Below are positions 49,601 to 63,100 of a stretch of 64,000 nt of DNA, piece after piece (the stretch's first letter is position 1; each line of letters opens with the position of its first letter). Source of the DNA: Macrostomum hystrix (taxonomy: Eukaryota; Animalia; Platyhelminthes). A program made the translations under genes and the position numbers. The stretch covers positions 13,082,001-13,146,000 of the forward strand of contig CATNEN010000001.1 in NCBI GenBank assembly GCA_950097015.1. The letters run 5' to 3'. The notes beneath the pieces are model-generated. The model did not search any database. It saw only the letters and a list, made by a program, of their open reading frames with translations, and was not told the DNA's origin.

Positions 49601-52600
49601 TCTAAGTATTATCTATTGTACTTTCAATTGTACATTGGCCGACTTAATTGTCAGACAGTGTACCCTCTCCATCTGCCTAAGGGTTGGCCCTCTAGTACGT
49701 AAGTTGACACCAAGCTATTTATCCGCGCTAGCGTCACAAATCTATGTGGCCTCGCGTAGGATACGAGCTCAGGAACCTTTGTGCGAGAGGCAAACGCTTT
49801 AAGCTGTGCCACTAAACACCACAATGCCAATAATTGTAGGCCCTATCCTCCCTATGCTTCTAATTTCCAGGTGAAGCTGGGTCGCGAGGAGCCTGCAATC
49901 TCCATGGACGCCTCCGGCAAGATTCTGTGGGCCCGCCACGCCGAGGTGCAGCAGGCCAACCTACGCACCCTGTCAGCCGATGAAGAGTTTCAAGACGGTG
50001 ATCGTCTGCCTCTGACCATCAAGGACATGGGCTCCTGTGAGATCTATCCGCAGACCATCGCCCACAGCCCCAATGGCCGCTTCGTTGCGGTCAGCGGCGA
50101 CGGCGAGTTTATTATCTACACGGCAATGGCGTTGCGCAACAAGGCGTTCGGCCAGGCTCAGGAATTCGTGTGGTGCGCCTCCGATGCTTCAACCTACGCC
50201 ATCAGGGAGGGAACCACTACGGTGAAGGTGTTCAAGAACTTCAAAGAGGTTCGCGCTTTCAAGCCGGAGTTCGGATGCGAGGTATGTCGCACTAACATAT
50301 CATTATCCCTGATATTTACATAGACATCAGTTAGATCCATAGATTCATAGTCATCAGCTAGATCCCCAGTCATCAGCTAGATCCCCAGTCATCAGTTATA
50401 TCCCCAGTCATCAGCTAGATCCCCAGTCATCAGCTAGATCCCCAGTCATCAGCTAGATCCCCAGTCATCAGCTAGATCCCCAGTCATCAGTTATATCCCC
50501 AATCATCAGTTAGATCCCCAGTCATCAGCTAGATCCCCAATCATCAGTTAGATCCCCAATCATCAGCTAGATCCCCAATCATCAGTTAGATCCCCAGTCA
50601 TCAGTTATATCCCCAGTCATCAGCTAGATCCCCAGTCATCAGCTAGATCCCCAGTCATCAGTTAGATCCCCAGTCATCAGTTAGATCCCCAATCATCAGT
50701 TAGATCCCCAGTCATCAGCTAGATCCCCAATCATCAGTTAGATCCCCAATCATCAGTTAGATCCCCAGTCATCAGCTAGATCCCCAATCATCAGTTAGAT
50801 CCCCAATCATCAGCTAGATCCCCAATCATCAGTTAGATCCCCAGTCATCAGTTATATCCCCAGTCATCAGCTAGATCCCCAGTCATCAGCTAGATCCCCA
50901 GTCATCAGTTAGATCCCCAGTCATCAGTTAGATCCCCAATCATCAGTTAGATCCCCAGTCATCAGCTAGATCCCCAATCATCAGTTAGATCCCCAATCAT
51001 CAGTTAGATCCCCAGTCATCAGCTAGATCCCCAATCATCAGTTAGATCCCCAATCATCAGCTAGATCCCCAATCATCAGTTAGATCCCCAGTCATCAGTT
51101 ATATCCCCAGTCATCAGCTAGATCCCCAGTCATCAGTTAGATCCCCAGTCATCAGTTAGATCCCCAGTCATCAGTTAGATCCCCAGTCGTCAGCTAGATC
51201 CCCAGTCATCAGTTATATCCCCAATCATCAGTTAGATCCCCAGTCATCAGCTAGATCCCCAGTCATCAGTTAGATCCCCAATCATCAGTTAGATCCCCAG
51301 TCATCAGCTAGATCCCCAATCATCAGTTAGATCCCCAATCATCAGCTAGATCCCCAATCATCAGTTAGATCCCCAGTCATCAGTTATATCCCCAGTCATC
51401 AGCTAGATCCCCAGTCATCAGTTAGATCCCCAGTCATCAGTTAGATCCCCAGTCATCAGCTAGATCCCCAGTCATCAGTTAGATCCCCAGTCATCAGTTA
51501 GATCCCCAGTCATCAGCTAGATCCCCAGTCATCAGTTAGATCCCCAATCATCAGCTAGATCCCCAATCATCAGCTAGATCCCCAGTCATCAGCTAGATCC
51601 CCAGTCATCAGTTATATCCCCAGTCATCAGCTAGATCCCCAATCATCAGTTAGATCCCCAATCATCAGCTAGATCCCCAATCATCAGCTAGATCCCCAGT
51701 CATCAGCTAGATCCCCAGTCATCAGCTAGATCCCCAGTCATCAGTTAGATCCCCAATCATCAGTTAGATCCCCAATCATCAGCTAGATCCCCAGTCATCA
51801 GTTAGATCCCCAGTCATCAGCTAGATCCCCAGTCATCAGTTAGATCCCCAGTCATCAGTTAGATCCCCAATCATCAGCTAGATCCCCAATCATCAGCTAG
51901 ATCCCCAGTCATCAGTTAGATCCCCAGTCATCAGTTAGATCCCCAATCATCAGCTAGATCCCCAATCATCAGTTAGATCCCCAATCATCAGTTAGATCCC
52001 CAATCATCAGTTAGATCCCCAGTCATCAGTTAGATCCCCAGTCATCAGTTAGATCCCCAGTCATTAGTTAGATCCATAGACATCAGTTAAATCCCCAGTC
52101 ATCAGATTGATCCCCAGTCGTCAGCTAGATCCCCAATCATCAGTTAGATCCCCAATCATCAGCTAGATCCCCAATCATCAGTTAGATCCCCAATCATCAG
52201 TTAGATCCCCAATCATCAGTTAGATCCCCAGTCATCAGTTAGATCCCCAGTCATCAGTTAGATCCCCAGTCATTAGTTAGATCCATAGACATCAGTTAAA
52301 TCCCCAGTCATCAGATTGATCCCCAGTCGTCAGCTAGATCCCCAATCATCAGTTAGATCCCCAATCATCAGCTAGATCCCCAATCATCAGTTAGATCCCC
52401 AGTCGTCAGATAGATCGCCAGTCATCAGTTAGATTCCCAGTCATCAGTTAGATCCATAGACATCAGTTAGATCCTCAGTCATCAGTTATATCCCCAGTCA
52501 TCAGCTAGATCCCCAGTCATCAGCTAGATCCCCAGTCATCAGTTAGATCCCCAGTCATCAGTTATATCCCCAATCATCAGTTAGATCCCCAGTCATCAGT

Positions 52601-55600
52601 TAGATCCCCAGTCATCAGCTAGATCCCCAGTCATCAGTTAGATCCCCAGTCATCAGCTAGATCCCCAGTCGTCAGTTAGATCCCCAGTCATCAGTTAGAT
52701 CCCCAGTCATCAGCTAGATCCCCAGTCATCAGTTAGATCCCCAGTCGTCAGTTAGATCCCCAGTCATCAGCTAGATCCCCAGTCATCAGCTAGATCCCCA
52801 ATCATCAGTTAGATCCCCAGTCATCAGTTATATCCCCAGTCATCAGCTAGATCCCCAGTCATCAGTTAGATCCCCAGTCATCAGATTGATCCCCAGTCGT
52901 CAGCTAGATCCCCAATCATCAGTTAGATCCCCAATCATCAGCTAGATCCCCAATCATCAGTTAGATCCCCAGTCGTCAGATAGATCGCCAGTCATCAGTT
53001 AGATTCCCAGTCATCAGTTAGATCCATAGACATCAGTTAGATCCCCAATCATCAGCTAGATCCCCAATCATCAGTTAGATCCCCAGTCATCAGTTATATC
53101 CCCAGTCATCAGCTAGATCCCCAGTCATCAGCTAGATCCCCAGTCATCAGTTCGATCCCCAGTCATCAGTTAGATCCCCAGTCATCAGCTAGATCCCCAG
53201 TCATCAGTTAGATCCCCAGTCATCAGCTAGATCCCCAGTCGTCAGTTAGATCCCCAGTCATCAGTTAGATCCCCAGTCATCAGCTAGATCCCCAGTCATC
53301 AGTTAGATCCCCAGTCGTCAGTTAGATCCCCAGTCATCAGCTAGATCCCCAGTCATCAGCTAGATCCCCAATCATCAGTTAGATCCCCAGTCATCAGTTA
53401 TATCCCCAGTCATCAGCTAGATCCCCAGTCATCAGTTAGATCCCCAGTCATCAGATTGATCCCCAGTCGTCAGCTAGATCCCCAATCATCAGTTAGATCC
53501 CCAATCATCAGCTAGATCCCCAATCATCAGTTAGATCCCCAGTCGTCAGATAGATCCCCAGTCATCAGTTAGATCCCCAGTCATCAGATTGATCCCCAGT
53601 CGTCAGCTAGATCCCCAATCATCAGTTAGATCCCCAATCATCAGTTAGATCCCCAATCATCAGTTAGATCCCCAGTCGTCAGATAGATCGCCAGTCATCA
53701 GTTAGATCCATAGACATCAGTTAGATCCCCAATCATCAGTTAGATCCCCAATCATCAGCTAGATCCCCAATCATCAGTTAGATCCCTAGTCATCAGATTG
53801 ATCCTCAGTCATCAGATAGATCGCCAGTCATCAGTTAGATTCCCAGTCATCAGATTGATCCCCAGTCGTCAGCTAGATCCCCAATCATCAGTTAGATCCC
53901 CAATCATCAGCTAGATCCCCAATCATCAGTTAGATCCCCAGTCGTCAGATAGATCGCCAGTCATCAGTTAGATCCATAGACATCAGCTAGATCCCCAATC
54001 ATCAGTTAGATCCCCAATCATCAGCTAGATCCCCAATCATCAGTTATATCCCCAGTCATCAGCTAGATCCCCAGTCATCAGCTAGATCCCCAGTCATCAG
54101 TTATATCCCCAGTCATCAGCTAGATCCTCAGTCATCAGATAGATCGCCAGTCATCAGTTAGATTCCCAGTCATCAGTTAGATCCATAGACATCAGTTAGA
54201 TCCCTAGTCATCAGATTGATCCTCAGTCATCAGTTAGATCCCCAATCATCAGTTAGATCCTCAGTCATCAGTTAGATCCCCAATCATCAGTTAGATCCCC
54301 AGTCGTCAGATAGATCGCCAGTCATCAGTTAGATTCCCAGTCATCAGTTAGATCCATAGACATCAGTTAGATCCCTAGTCATCAGATTGATCCTCAGTCA
54401 TCAGTTAGATCCCCAGTCATTAGTTAGATCCATAGACATCAGTTAAATCCCCAGTCATCAGATTGATCCTCAGTCATCAGTTAGATCCCCAATCATCAGT
54501 TAGATCCCCAATCATCAGCTAGATCCCCAATCATCAGTTAGATCCCCAGTCGTCAGATAGATCGCCAGTCATCAGTTAGATTCCCAGTCATCAGTTAGAT
54601 CCATAGACATCAGTTAGATCCCTAGTCATCAGATTGATCCTCAGTCATCAGTTAGATCCCCAGTCATTAGTTAGATCCATAGACATCAGTTAAATCCCCA
54701 GTCATCAGATTGATCCTCAGTCATCAGTTAGATCCCAATCATCAGTTAGTTCCCAACCATCAGTTAGATCCCAATCATCTGTTAGTTCCCTAGTATTCAG
54801 TAAGATCCCAATCATCAGTAAGATCCCAATTATCATTAAGATCCCGATTATCAGTTAGATCCCCAACAACTAGATCCCTGCGCTACCACCTCTCGCTCCA
54901 GGGCATCTACGGCGGCGCCATGCTCGGTGTTCGGTCCGTCAGCGGCCTGGCCTTCTACGACTGGGAGAGCGGCGATTTGGTTCGCCGAATCGAGATCACG
55001 CCGAAGCTGGTGTTCTGGAACGAGTCTGCCGAACTGGTTGCTATAGCAACAGAGGAGAGCTACTTTGTGCTTCGCTACAAGCCAGAAGCCGTGGCCACCG
55101 CGAAGCGAACCAAAGTGGGTCTCACCGAGGACGGAGTTGAGGACGCCTTTGACGTGCTGGGAGAGACGGAAGAGGCCGTGCGTACGGGACTGTGGGTCGG
55201 CGACTGTTTCATCTACACGAACGCAGTGAACCGGCTGAATTATTATGTTGGAGGCGAGCTGTGTACTGTGGCACACCTGGATCGGGTCATGTACGTGCTC
55301 GGTTACATTCCCAAGGAAAATCGACTGTACCTCGGTGACAAGGAGCTCAACATTGTTAGCTATAGTCTGCTTGTGTCAGTGCTGGAGTATCAGACTGCCG
55401 TGATGCGTAAGGACTTTGACACTGCCGACCAGGTGAGTTCTGTCTACCCGATATGTCTCGAAAAACGCAACTTAGATCTATTAGTTAACATAAGTTTTCG
55501 TTGAATATTTCGATTTTTTGCCTGCTTACTTTGCTCATCATGCTACTTAGTGAGTAGCGTGATGCGTCAAAAAGAGTGCTCATTGCATATCATACCATAG

Positions 55601-56693
55601 AAGTGTGCTCATTATATAAGAGTGCTCATAGCCCCACAAATTACCTGACCCACCGTCTCCCAGGTACTGCCAACGATTCCGCGCTCCCAGCGCTCTCGCG
55701 TTGCCCACTTCCTGGAGAAGCAGGGCTTCAAAGCTCAAGCACTGGCTGTCACCACGGACCCTGAGCACAAGTTTGAGCTGGCCCTGCAGCTGGGCGATCT
55801 GAGCACCGCTAAGCAGATCTGCTGCGAAGCCGAGTCTGAGCAGAAATGGAAGCTCCTGGCCGATGTCGCCACAAGGTATGTTTTCTGCTTCAATGCAAAA
55901 GCTGCATTTCAAGTTTAATCAAAGCTGCATCTTTCATTGGTCACGCAGGCACAATGACCTTCAGCTGGCCCAGGAGTGCCTGGCCCAGGCCAAGGACTTT
56001 GGCTCGCTTCTGCTGCTTGCCACCAGCACTGGCAATGCCGGGATGGTCGATCGGCTGGCCAGGGAGTCCACGGCGGGGGCACAGAGCAACGTGGCCTTCT
56101 TGGCGCAGTTTCTGCTTGGTGATTTGGAGGCCTGCCTGGAGGTGCTGATCGCAGCCAATCGGCTGCCGGAGGCCGCTCTATTCGCTCGCACCTACCTGCC
56201 AACGCACGTGTCCCGAGCTGTCAAGCTGTGGAAGGCCAGTCTAGCCAAGACCAACGAGAAGGCGGCTCAGGCCCTCGCAGATCCAGCCGATTATCCCAAC
56301 CTGTTCCCGGAGCTGGAGGACGCGGCCAAGGCCGAGGCCTTCATGCGGCAGGAGCGGCGACGTCTTCGAGGTCGACCGGCGTCCGACCAGGCGGGCCTGA
56401 CGCCCAACTGGGAGCGGCGGCCCATCGAGGAGGCTCTGGCAGCCATCGCCAGCGGTGAGTTCGCGCTGGACAGCGGATGCGGCGACGATGAGTCTTCGGC
56501 CTCGCCCGGACCCGAGGCCTACACAGACGCTGTTGACAGGAGCGTCACTGCTGCTGTTGCTACTGTTGCTGCTGTGGCCTCCGCCGAAGACGCCCTCGAG
56601 CAGGAGCTGGAGCAGGACCTTCGCGACCTGAACATGGACCAAGTGGATCCGGCCGATGTCAATCTGGACGAGGATCTCAACTTTGACGACTGA
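46627..56693 (+). CDS. COPB2: Coatomer subunit beta' copy 2; exons 46627-46803, 47043-47753, 49871-50281, 54902-55432, 55664-55875, 55949-56693 (~928 aa)
   Basis: Exons near-identical to copy 1 with the same intron positions; 2787 nt in frame. Confidence 0.95.
48176..49450 (-). pseudogene. MULE/Mutator transposase remnant in intron 2 of COPB2 copy 2
   Basis: [48 protein letters not shown]...[10 protein letters not shown] (degenerate RTNN..EGWH); frameshifted. Confidence 0.75.
50320..54867. repeat. 19-bp minisatellite in intron 3 of COPB2 copy 2, ~4.5 kb
   Basis: Same unit as in copy 1, with higher-order block duplications. Confidence 0.95.
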
Positions 56694-57895
56694 GTGGAAT
56701 CTGTTGCCAACGACAGTGATTAGATTGTTGTCTTGTTTTTCTGTTTGCCATTTCTGTTAAGGCTTAGTTCAAATAGGATCGGCCGTTAGATGCAACTCAC
56801 CGTACCAATAGTAGTAGGATGCGCAAAGTCTTGTTGCCGTGTCCATCGTCTGCCTTTTCTGTCAACGTGACTTTGCTTGGCCAAGCGCAATGCTAGCGAC
56901 TTATATGAAATTCATAGATTGCACGATTCTTGAGTTACATATTTATTGAGTGTTTCCAAACGCTCCCTCGTGTCTCTATATCGTTTCTTATTTGTATTTT
57001 GTTCAACAATAAACTTCCTCTTCGCTTAATTATTGCCTGCTGATTGTGGTATTTTGTCTTGTAGAATTGGCAATATGATGACGCACTGTTATGCAGCCTT
57101 TAGTAAGGACAGTTTTAGCCCGTGCTCAGTCAATATGATACACATTATATTTGTTATTCAGATGGCGGTTACAGTAAAATGCGTCATTCCTAATCGCCTG
57201 ATGTCGCATGATTCAATGGAATTAAATAATTCTTTTACGGTAGCTCTCTTTGTGTCTATGCTGGGTGGTTGGTTGTTGCTGTCCATTTCCCTCTATCTAT
57301 CTTTATTCAAATTCAAGCTGCATAAAGCAAATAACTCACACAAATTCAACGTTGCTTACTGCTAGGTGGTTTCCTTGTGTTTTTCGTCTTGTAATAATTT
57401 TGCTGAAGATGTTCTCATTTTTTTGTTCTTACCTTAAACCAGTTGACGATTTCTAAGCTGTCATTGTGTTAGCCAATGCTCTGTTATCACTAAGTCTTAG
57501 CTCTGAATTATTTCACTAATACCGAATCGCTTTAGCTGCTGTCGTTGCTATGACAAAAAGACTCAAATAACTAAAGAAAAAACTATTAAAAAATATAATG
57601 GAGACTATCCGCTGCCAAGACGGACGGCTAACCATTAGTGAAAGTTATAAACTTTCTAATTTTGTTTGCTGGTAGATTTTTTTGTTACTTTCTTTGATAT
57701 TGTACCCTTTTGTCTATGGTTTCCGGCATTCATACCTGCGGTAACAATTTAATTGTTTGTCGGCTTTTTTCGATTGTTGCCGGATTTCAGACGAATGTAT
57801 TTGGCTATCAAAACAAGGAACAACAATAGCAACACGGCGAAAGTGTTTCATAGTCACAAAAAGTTCTTAAGAACAAACCGATCGAATCAATTGTT

Positions 57896-59312
57896 TTACT
57901 TTCCGTAAAAGTTGAATGTGCAGTTGTGGAACTGACCACCACAGAGGCTTCTCGGCAGGTCTTGGCCGCCCTCGGGTGCTTTCATCAGCTCGCCTCTATC
58001 AGACCCAGTTGTCACACTTTCGATGGTGGATTCCGCATCGTCGTCAATCTTGGTGACTTTGGACCCATAGGCAGCCACACAAGCGCTCATTCGGGCCACA
58101 CAGTCCATGTCTCGCCGCTTGTATACATCCACTGAGCTCGAATTCTTGTGTCCCGTCATTAGTGTAATCGCTTGATTATCGAAACCGGCCTTGGCCAAAC
58201 AGTTCACCTAAGTTTCAGCAGTTGGGTAAGACAGTATTCTTACAGTTTTACTGAAGTGAGTAGGCCATGCGATCTTTACTCACCGTGGTTACTCGCACAC
58301 AATGGTTGGTGTACTTCCGCTGCAGAGCCAGACACGCACTCAGATTCTTCATGAAGTCTCCAAGTGAATCTTTGCCGAGTCGTTGGCAGGCTGAGAAGCC
58401 AGACTTATTGAGCCTTGGGAACAACACCTCACATCCATTCGGTAGTTGAGAGACGTACATTTTAAAGGCTTCGACGGGACAAACAGTTTTGTCTTGCACG
58501 CTGTACATCCGAGCTAACTTGAGATCCTTGAATGCCTTCTCGTTCAACGACGCTTTAACATTTTTCGACAGCATGGCGACAGCGACGCGTACAAACTCCG
58601 TACCTCCTTCTGACACTATCTCAAAACATCCAGGTGTCAACTCTCTCAGATTTTCTCGGCCTCGCAGTGCGAAATGGAGCAGAACGTTGAAAATGTTTTC
58701 GTCCTGCAGTTTACGAAGGGACGTTCGGTCAAAGTATGCGCGAATTGTTTGCATGTCGTCCTCGGAAATAGCTTCGTATTTGTCTACCTTCTCGACGTGT
58801 CCTTCCATGTACATTTTCACCATGGCGACAAGAACGCCATTGCAACGCTTGAAGGCTTCTCCGGTAACGATGTTCACCTGGCGATTAACGGACGGGGATT
58901 GCAGGTGGCGTTGAATAGCCGCACGAAAACAGATGAGAGACTTTGGCGCATAGTAAGTTCCATCCTGCTTTCGAAGGGATGAATAGAAAAGCCTCAGATA
59001 ATCGTTCAAAAATCGATCCGGAACACGCTCAAACTCCTGGCAGAGCCCCTTCTCGTTGAGGAACTGTCGGAACCTTGCCACGTGAAGCTTCCGTTGCGTC
59101 TCGGTCGATTTCGGCACTGAGTCACTCTCAAGTCGGTCCAACGTTTCCAGATCTTCGCTACGTAGCTCAGGCAGCCCGTTGGAACTGGACGACACATCCA
59201 GGTTGTCCATCTCCAGAACGTAGCGCGTGCTCGACTCTCGGGTGACAAAAGCCAACTCGTCCGTGGAGAGTCCACATATTTCTCCGCCAGGAATGTTTGC
59301 GTAGCGAATCAT
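57896..59312 (-). CDS. Crypton-type (DUF3504-like) tyrosine recombinase; exons 59312-58284 and 58207-57896 (~446 aa)
   Basis: Motifs HFALRGRE, CPVEAFKMY, LFPR, YTNHCVRVT, TGHKNSSSVDVY; 76-bp phase-0 GT-AG intron; N-terminal LRKQDG.YY.PKSL...RAAIQRHL. Confidence 0.85.
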
Positions 59313-59460
59313 AGCTACTTTTCCTATTTGCACTCCGAATAGGAGAATTAATTCAAGCTCAAAATCAACTTGAGAATTAACTCATGGCAGCCAGGCTAGC
59401 TGTCTTCACTGTCCTTTAAATTTACCATAAACGATTAATTATCTCTACAACCCTTTCATT

Positions 59461-60100
59461 TAGAGAGCGACGCCCCCAGCCGGTGATCGCCACCGCCCAG
59501 CTGGCTGAACAACTGCCCTTAGTCGCTGCTGCGCAACACCGCCGCGACGACAGACGTCGACCCATCCGACATCCACCCTCTGACGAGCAACACGACTTGT
59601 GTTTCTTCCATCGCAAGTTCGGTGCCAAGGCCCGCCGTTGCGAGCCACCCTGCAAGTTCCAGGGAAACGGCCAGGCCGGTCGTCAATAAACACCTCGACG
59701 ACCGGCGAGAACAACAATCTTTTGCTTATCCCGGACATACACACAGGTCGGCGTTTCCTAGTGGATACCGGTGCAGAAGTGAGTCTTTTTCCTGCATCCG
59801 GGGTTGATGCGCGTACAATCACCCCGGGACCACCGCTCCTCGCCGCCAACGGCAGCCCGATCCGTACATTTGGCAGTCGCACCATCACTCTCGACCTTGG
59901 CGTTCGAACCTGCACCTGGCCTTTCATTCTTGCCGAAGTGTCGCGCCCCCTCATCGGCGCTGATTTCCTGTTACACCACGGACTGTTGGTCGACTTACCT
60001 AACCGCCGCCTGCTGGACTCCCACTCACTGGCCAGCACACATCTGCTCCTCGGTTGCGGCACAGCACCTCGGCTGGCGGCCGCCGTCGCCCGCGAGTTAG
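59461..60100 (+). mobile_element. Gypsy (CsRN1-like) gag-protease fragment with -1 frameshift site
   Basis: Gag end CFFHRKFGAKARRCEPPC (CHCC knuckle); slippery GGGAAAC at 59662-59668; protease FLVDTGAEVSLFP...LIGADFL; truncated before RT. Confidence 0.85.
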
Positions 60101-60174
60101 TTAGTTAGTTCTGATCCTCTACAATATACTCAAATGGCAACCTTCGTTGCACAGTCCTCTTTCAGTTCAAGCTT

Positions 60175-63100
60175 TTCTGGAGTCCACTTCAAGGACAAGC
60201 TTTGCTGGAGTTGTCTTCAAGGACAGGCTTTGCTGGAGTTGTCTTCAAGGACAAGCTTTGCTGGAGTTGTCTTCAAGGACAAGCTTTGCTGGAGTTGTCT
60301 TCAAGGACAAGCTTTGCTGGAGTTGTCTTCAAGGACAGGCTTTGCTGGAGTTGTCTTCAAGGACAGGCTTTTCTGGAGTCCACTTCAAGGACAAGCTTTG
60401 CTGGAGTTGTCTTCAAGGACAGGCTTTGCTGGAGTTGTCTTCAAGGACAAGCTTTGCTGGAGTTGTCTTCAAGGACAAGCTTTGCTGGAGTTGTCTTCAA
60501 GGACAGGCTTTGCTGGAGTCCACTTCAAGGACAAGCTTTGCTGGAGTTGTCTTTAAGGACAGGCTTTGCTGGAGTCCACTTCAAGGACAAGCTTTTCTGG
60601 AGTCCACTTCAAGGACAAGCTTTGCTGGAGTTGTCTTCAAGGACAGGCTTTGCTGGAGTTGTCTTCAAGGACAAGCTTTGCTGGAGTCCACTTCAAGGAC
60701 AAGCTTTGCTGGAGTTGTCTTCAAGGACAGGCTTTGCTGGAGTTGTCTTCAAGGACAGGCTTTGCTGGAGTCCACTTCAAGGACAAGCTTTGCTGGAGTC
60801 CACTTCAAGGACAAGCTTTGCTGGAGTTGTCTTCAAGGACAAGCTTTGCTGGAGTCCACTTCAAGGACAAGCTTTGCTGGAGTTGTCTTCAAGGACAGGC
60901 TTTGCTGGAGTTGTCTTCAAGGACAGGCTTTGCTGGAGTTGTCTTCAAGGACAGGCTTTGCTGGAGTTGTCTTCAAGGACAGGCTTTGCTGGAGTTGTCT
61001 TCAAGGACAAGCTTTGCTGGAGTTGTCTTCAAGGACAAGCTTTGCTGGAGTTGTCTTCAAGGACAAGCTTTGCTGGAGTTGTCTTCAAGGACAGGCTTTG
61101 CTGGAGTTGTCTTCAAGGACAAGCTTTGCTGGAGTTGTCTTCAAGGACAGGCTTTGCTGGAGTTGTCTTCAAGGACAAGCTTTGCTGGAGTTGTCCCAAG
61201 GACAAGCTTTGCTGGAGTTGTCCCAAGGACAAGCTTTGCTGGAGTTGTCTTCAAGGACAAGCTTTGCTGGAGTTGTCTTCAAGGACAAGCTTTGCTGGAG
61301 TTGTCTTCAAGGACAAGCTTTGCTGGAGTTGTCCCAAGGACAAGCTTTGCTGGAGTTGTCTTCAAGGACAAGCTTTGCTGGAGTTGTCTTCAAGGACAAG
61401 CTTTGCTGGAGTTGTCTTCAAGGACAAGCTTTGCTGGAGTTGTCTTCAAGGACAGGCTTTGCTGGAGTTGTCTTCAAGGACAGGCTTTGCTGGAGTTGTC
61501 CCAAGGACAAGCTTTGCTGGAGTTGTCTTCAAGGACAAGCTTTGCTGGAGTTGTCTTCAAGGACAGGCTTTGCTGGAGTTGTCTTCAAGGACAAGCTTTG
61601 CTGGAGTTGTCTTCAAGGACAAGCTTTGCTGGAGTTGTCTTCAAGGACAGGCTTTGCTGGAGTTGTCTTCAAGGACAGGCTTTGCTGGAGTTGTCTTCAA
61701 GGACAAGCTTTGCTGGAGTCCACTTCAAGGACAAGCTTTGCTGGAGTTGTCTTCAAGGACAAGCTTTGCTGGAGTTGTCTTCAAGGACAGGCTTTGCTGG
61801 AGTTGTCCCAAGGACAAGCTTTGCTGGAGTTGTCTTCAAGGACAAGCTTTGCTGGAGTTGTCTTCAAGGACAGGCTTTGCTGGAGTCCACTTCAAGGACA
61901 AGCTTTGCTGGAGTTGTCTTCAAGGACAGGCTTTGCTGGAGTCCACTTCAAGGACAAGCTTTGCTGGAGTTGTCTTCAAGGACAGGCTTTGCTGGAGTTG
62001 TCTTCAAGGACAAGCTTTGCTGGAGTTGTCTTCAAGGACAGGCTTTGCTGGAGTTGTCTTCAAGGACAAGCTTTGCTGGAGTTGTCTTCAAGGACAGGCT
62101 TTGCTGGAGTTGTCTTCAAGGACAGGCTTTGCTGGAGTTGTCTTCAAGGACAGGCTTTGCTGGAGTTGTCTTCAAGGACAAGCTTTGCTGGAGTTGTCTT
62201 CAAGGACAAGCTTTGCTGGAGTTGTCTTCAAGGACAAGCTTTGCTGGAGTTGTCTTCAAGGACAGGCTTTGCTGGAGTTGTCTTCAAGGACAGGCTTTGC
62301 TGGAGTTGTCTTCAAGGACAGGCTTTGCTGGAGTTGTCTTCAAGGACAAGCTTTGCTGGAGTTGTCCCAAGGACAAGCTTTGCTGGAGTTGTCTTCAAGG
62401 AAAAGCTTTGCTGGAGTTGTCTTCAAGGACAGGCTTTGCTGGAGTTGTCTTCAAGGACAAGCTTTGCTGGAGTTGTCTTCAAGGATAAGCTTTGCTGGAG
62501 TTGTCTTCAAGGACAGGCTTTGCTGGAGTTGTCTTCAAGGACAAGCTTTGCTGGAGTTGTCTTCAAGGACAGGCTTTGCTGGAGTTGTCTTCAAGGACAA
62601 GCTTTGCTGGAGTTGTCCCAAGGACAAGCTTTGCTGGAGTTGTCTTCAAGGACAGGCTTTGCTGGAGTTGTCTTCAAGGACAAGCTTTGCTGGAGTTGTC
62701 TTCAAGGACAAGCTTTGCTGGAGTTGTCTTCAAGGACAAGCTTTGCTGGAGTTGTCTTCAAGGACAGGCTTTGCTGGAGTTGTCTTCAAGGACATACTTT
62801 GCTGGAGTCCACTTCAAGGACAAGCTTTGCTGGAGTCGTCTTCAAGGACAAGCTTTGCTGGAGTTGTCTTCAAGGACAAGCTTTGCTGGAGTTGTCTTCA
62901 AGGACAGGCTTTGCTGGAGTTGTCTTCAAGGACAAGCTTTGCTGGAGTTGTCTTCAAGGACAAGCTTTGCTGGAGTTGTCTTCAAGGACATACTTTGCTG
63001 GAGTCCACTTCAAGGACAAGCTTTGCTGGAGTTGTCTTCAAGGACAAGCTTTGCTGGAGTCCACTTCAAGGACATACTTTGCTGGAGTCCACTTCAAGGA

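Noticed and set aside
50320-54867. CRISPR-like or coding repeat
   Set aside because: No spacers, stop codons in the unit, and it lies inside a GT-AG intron.
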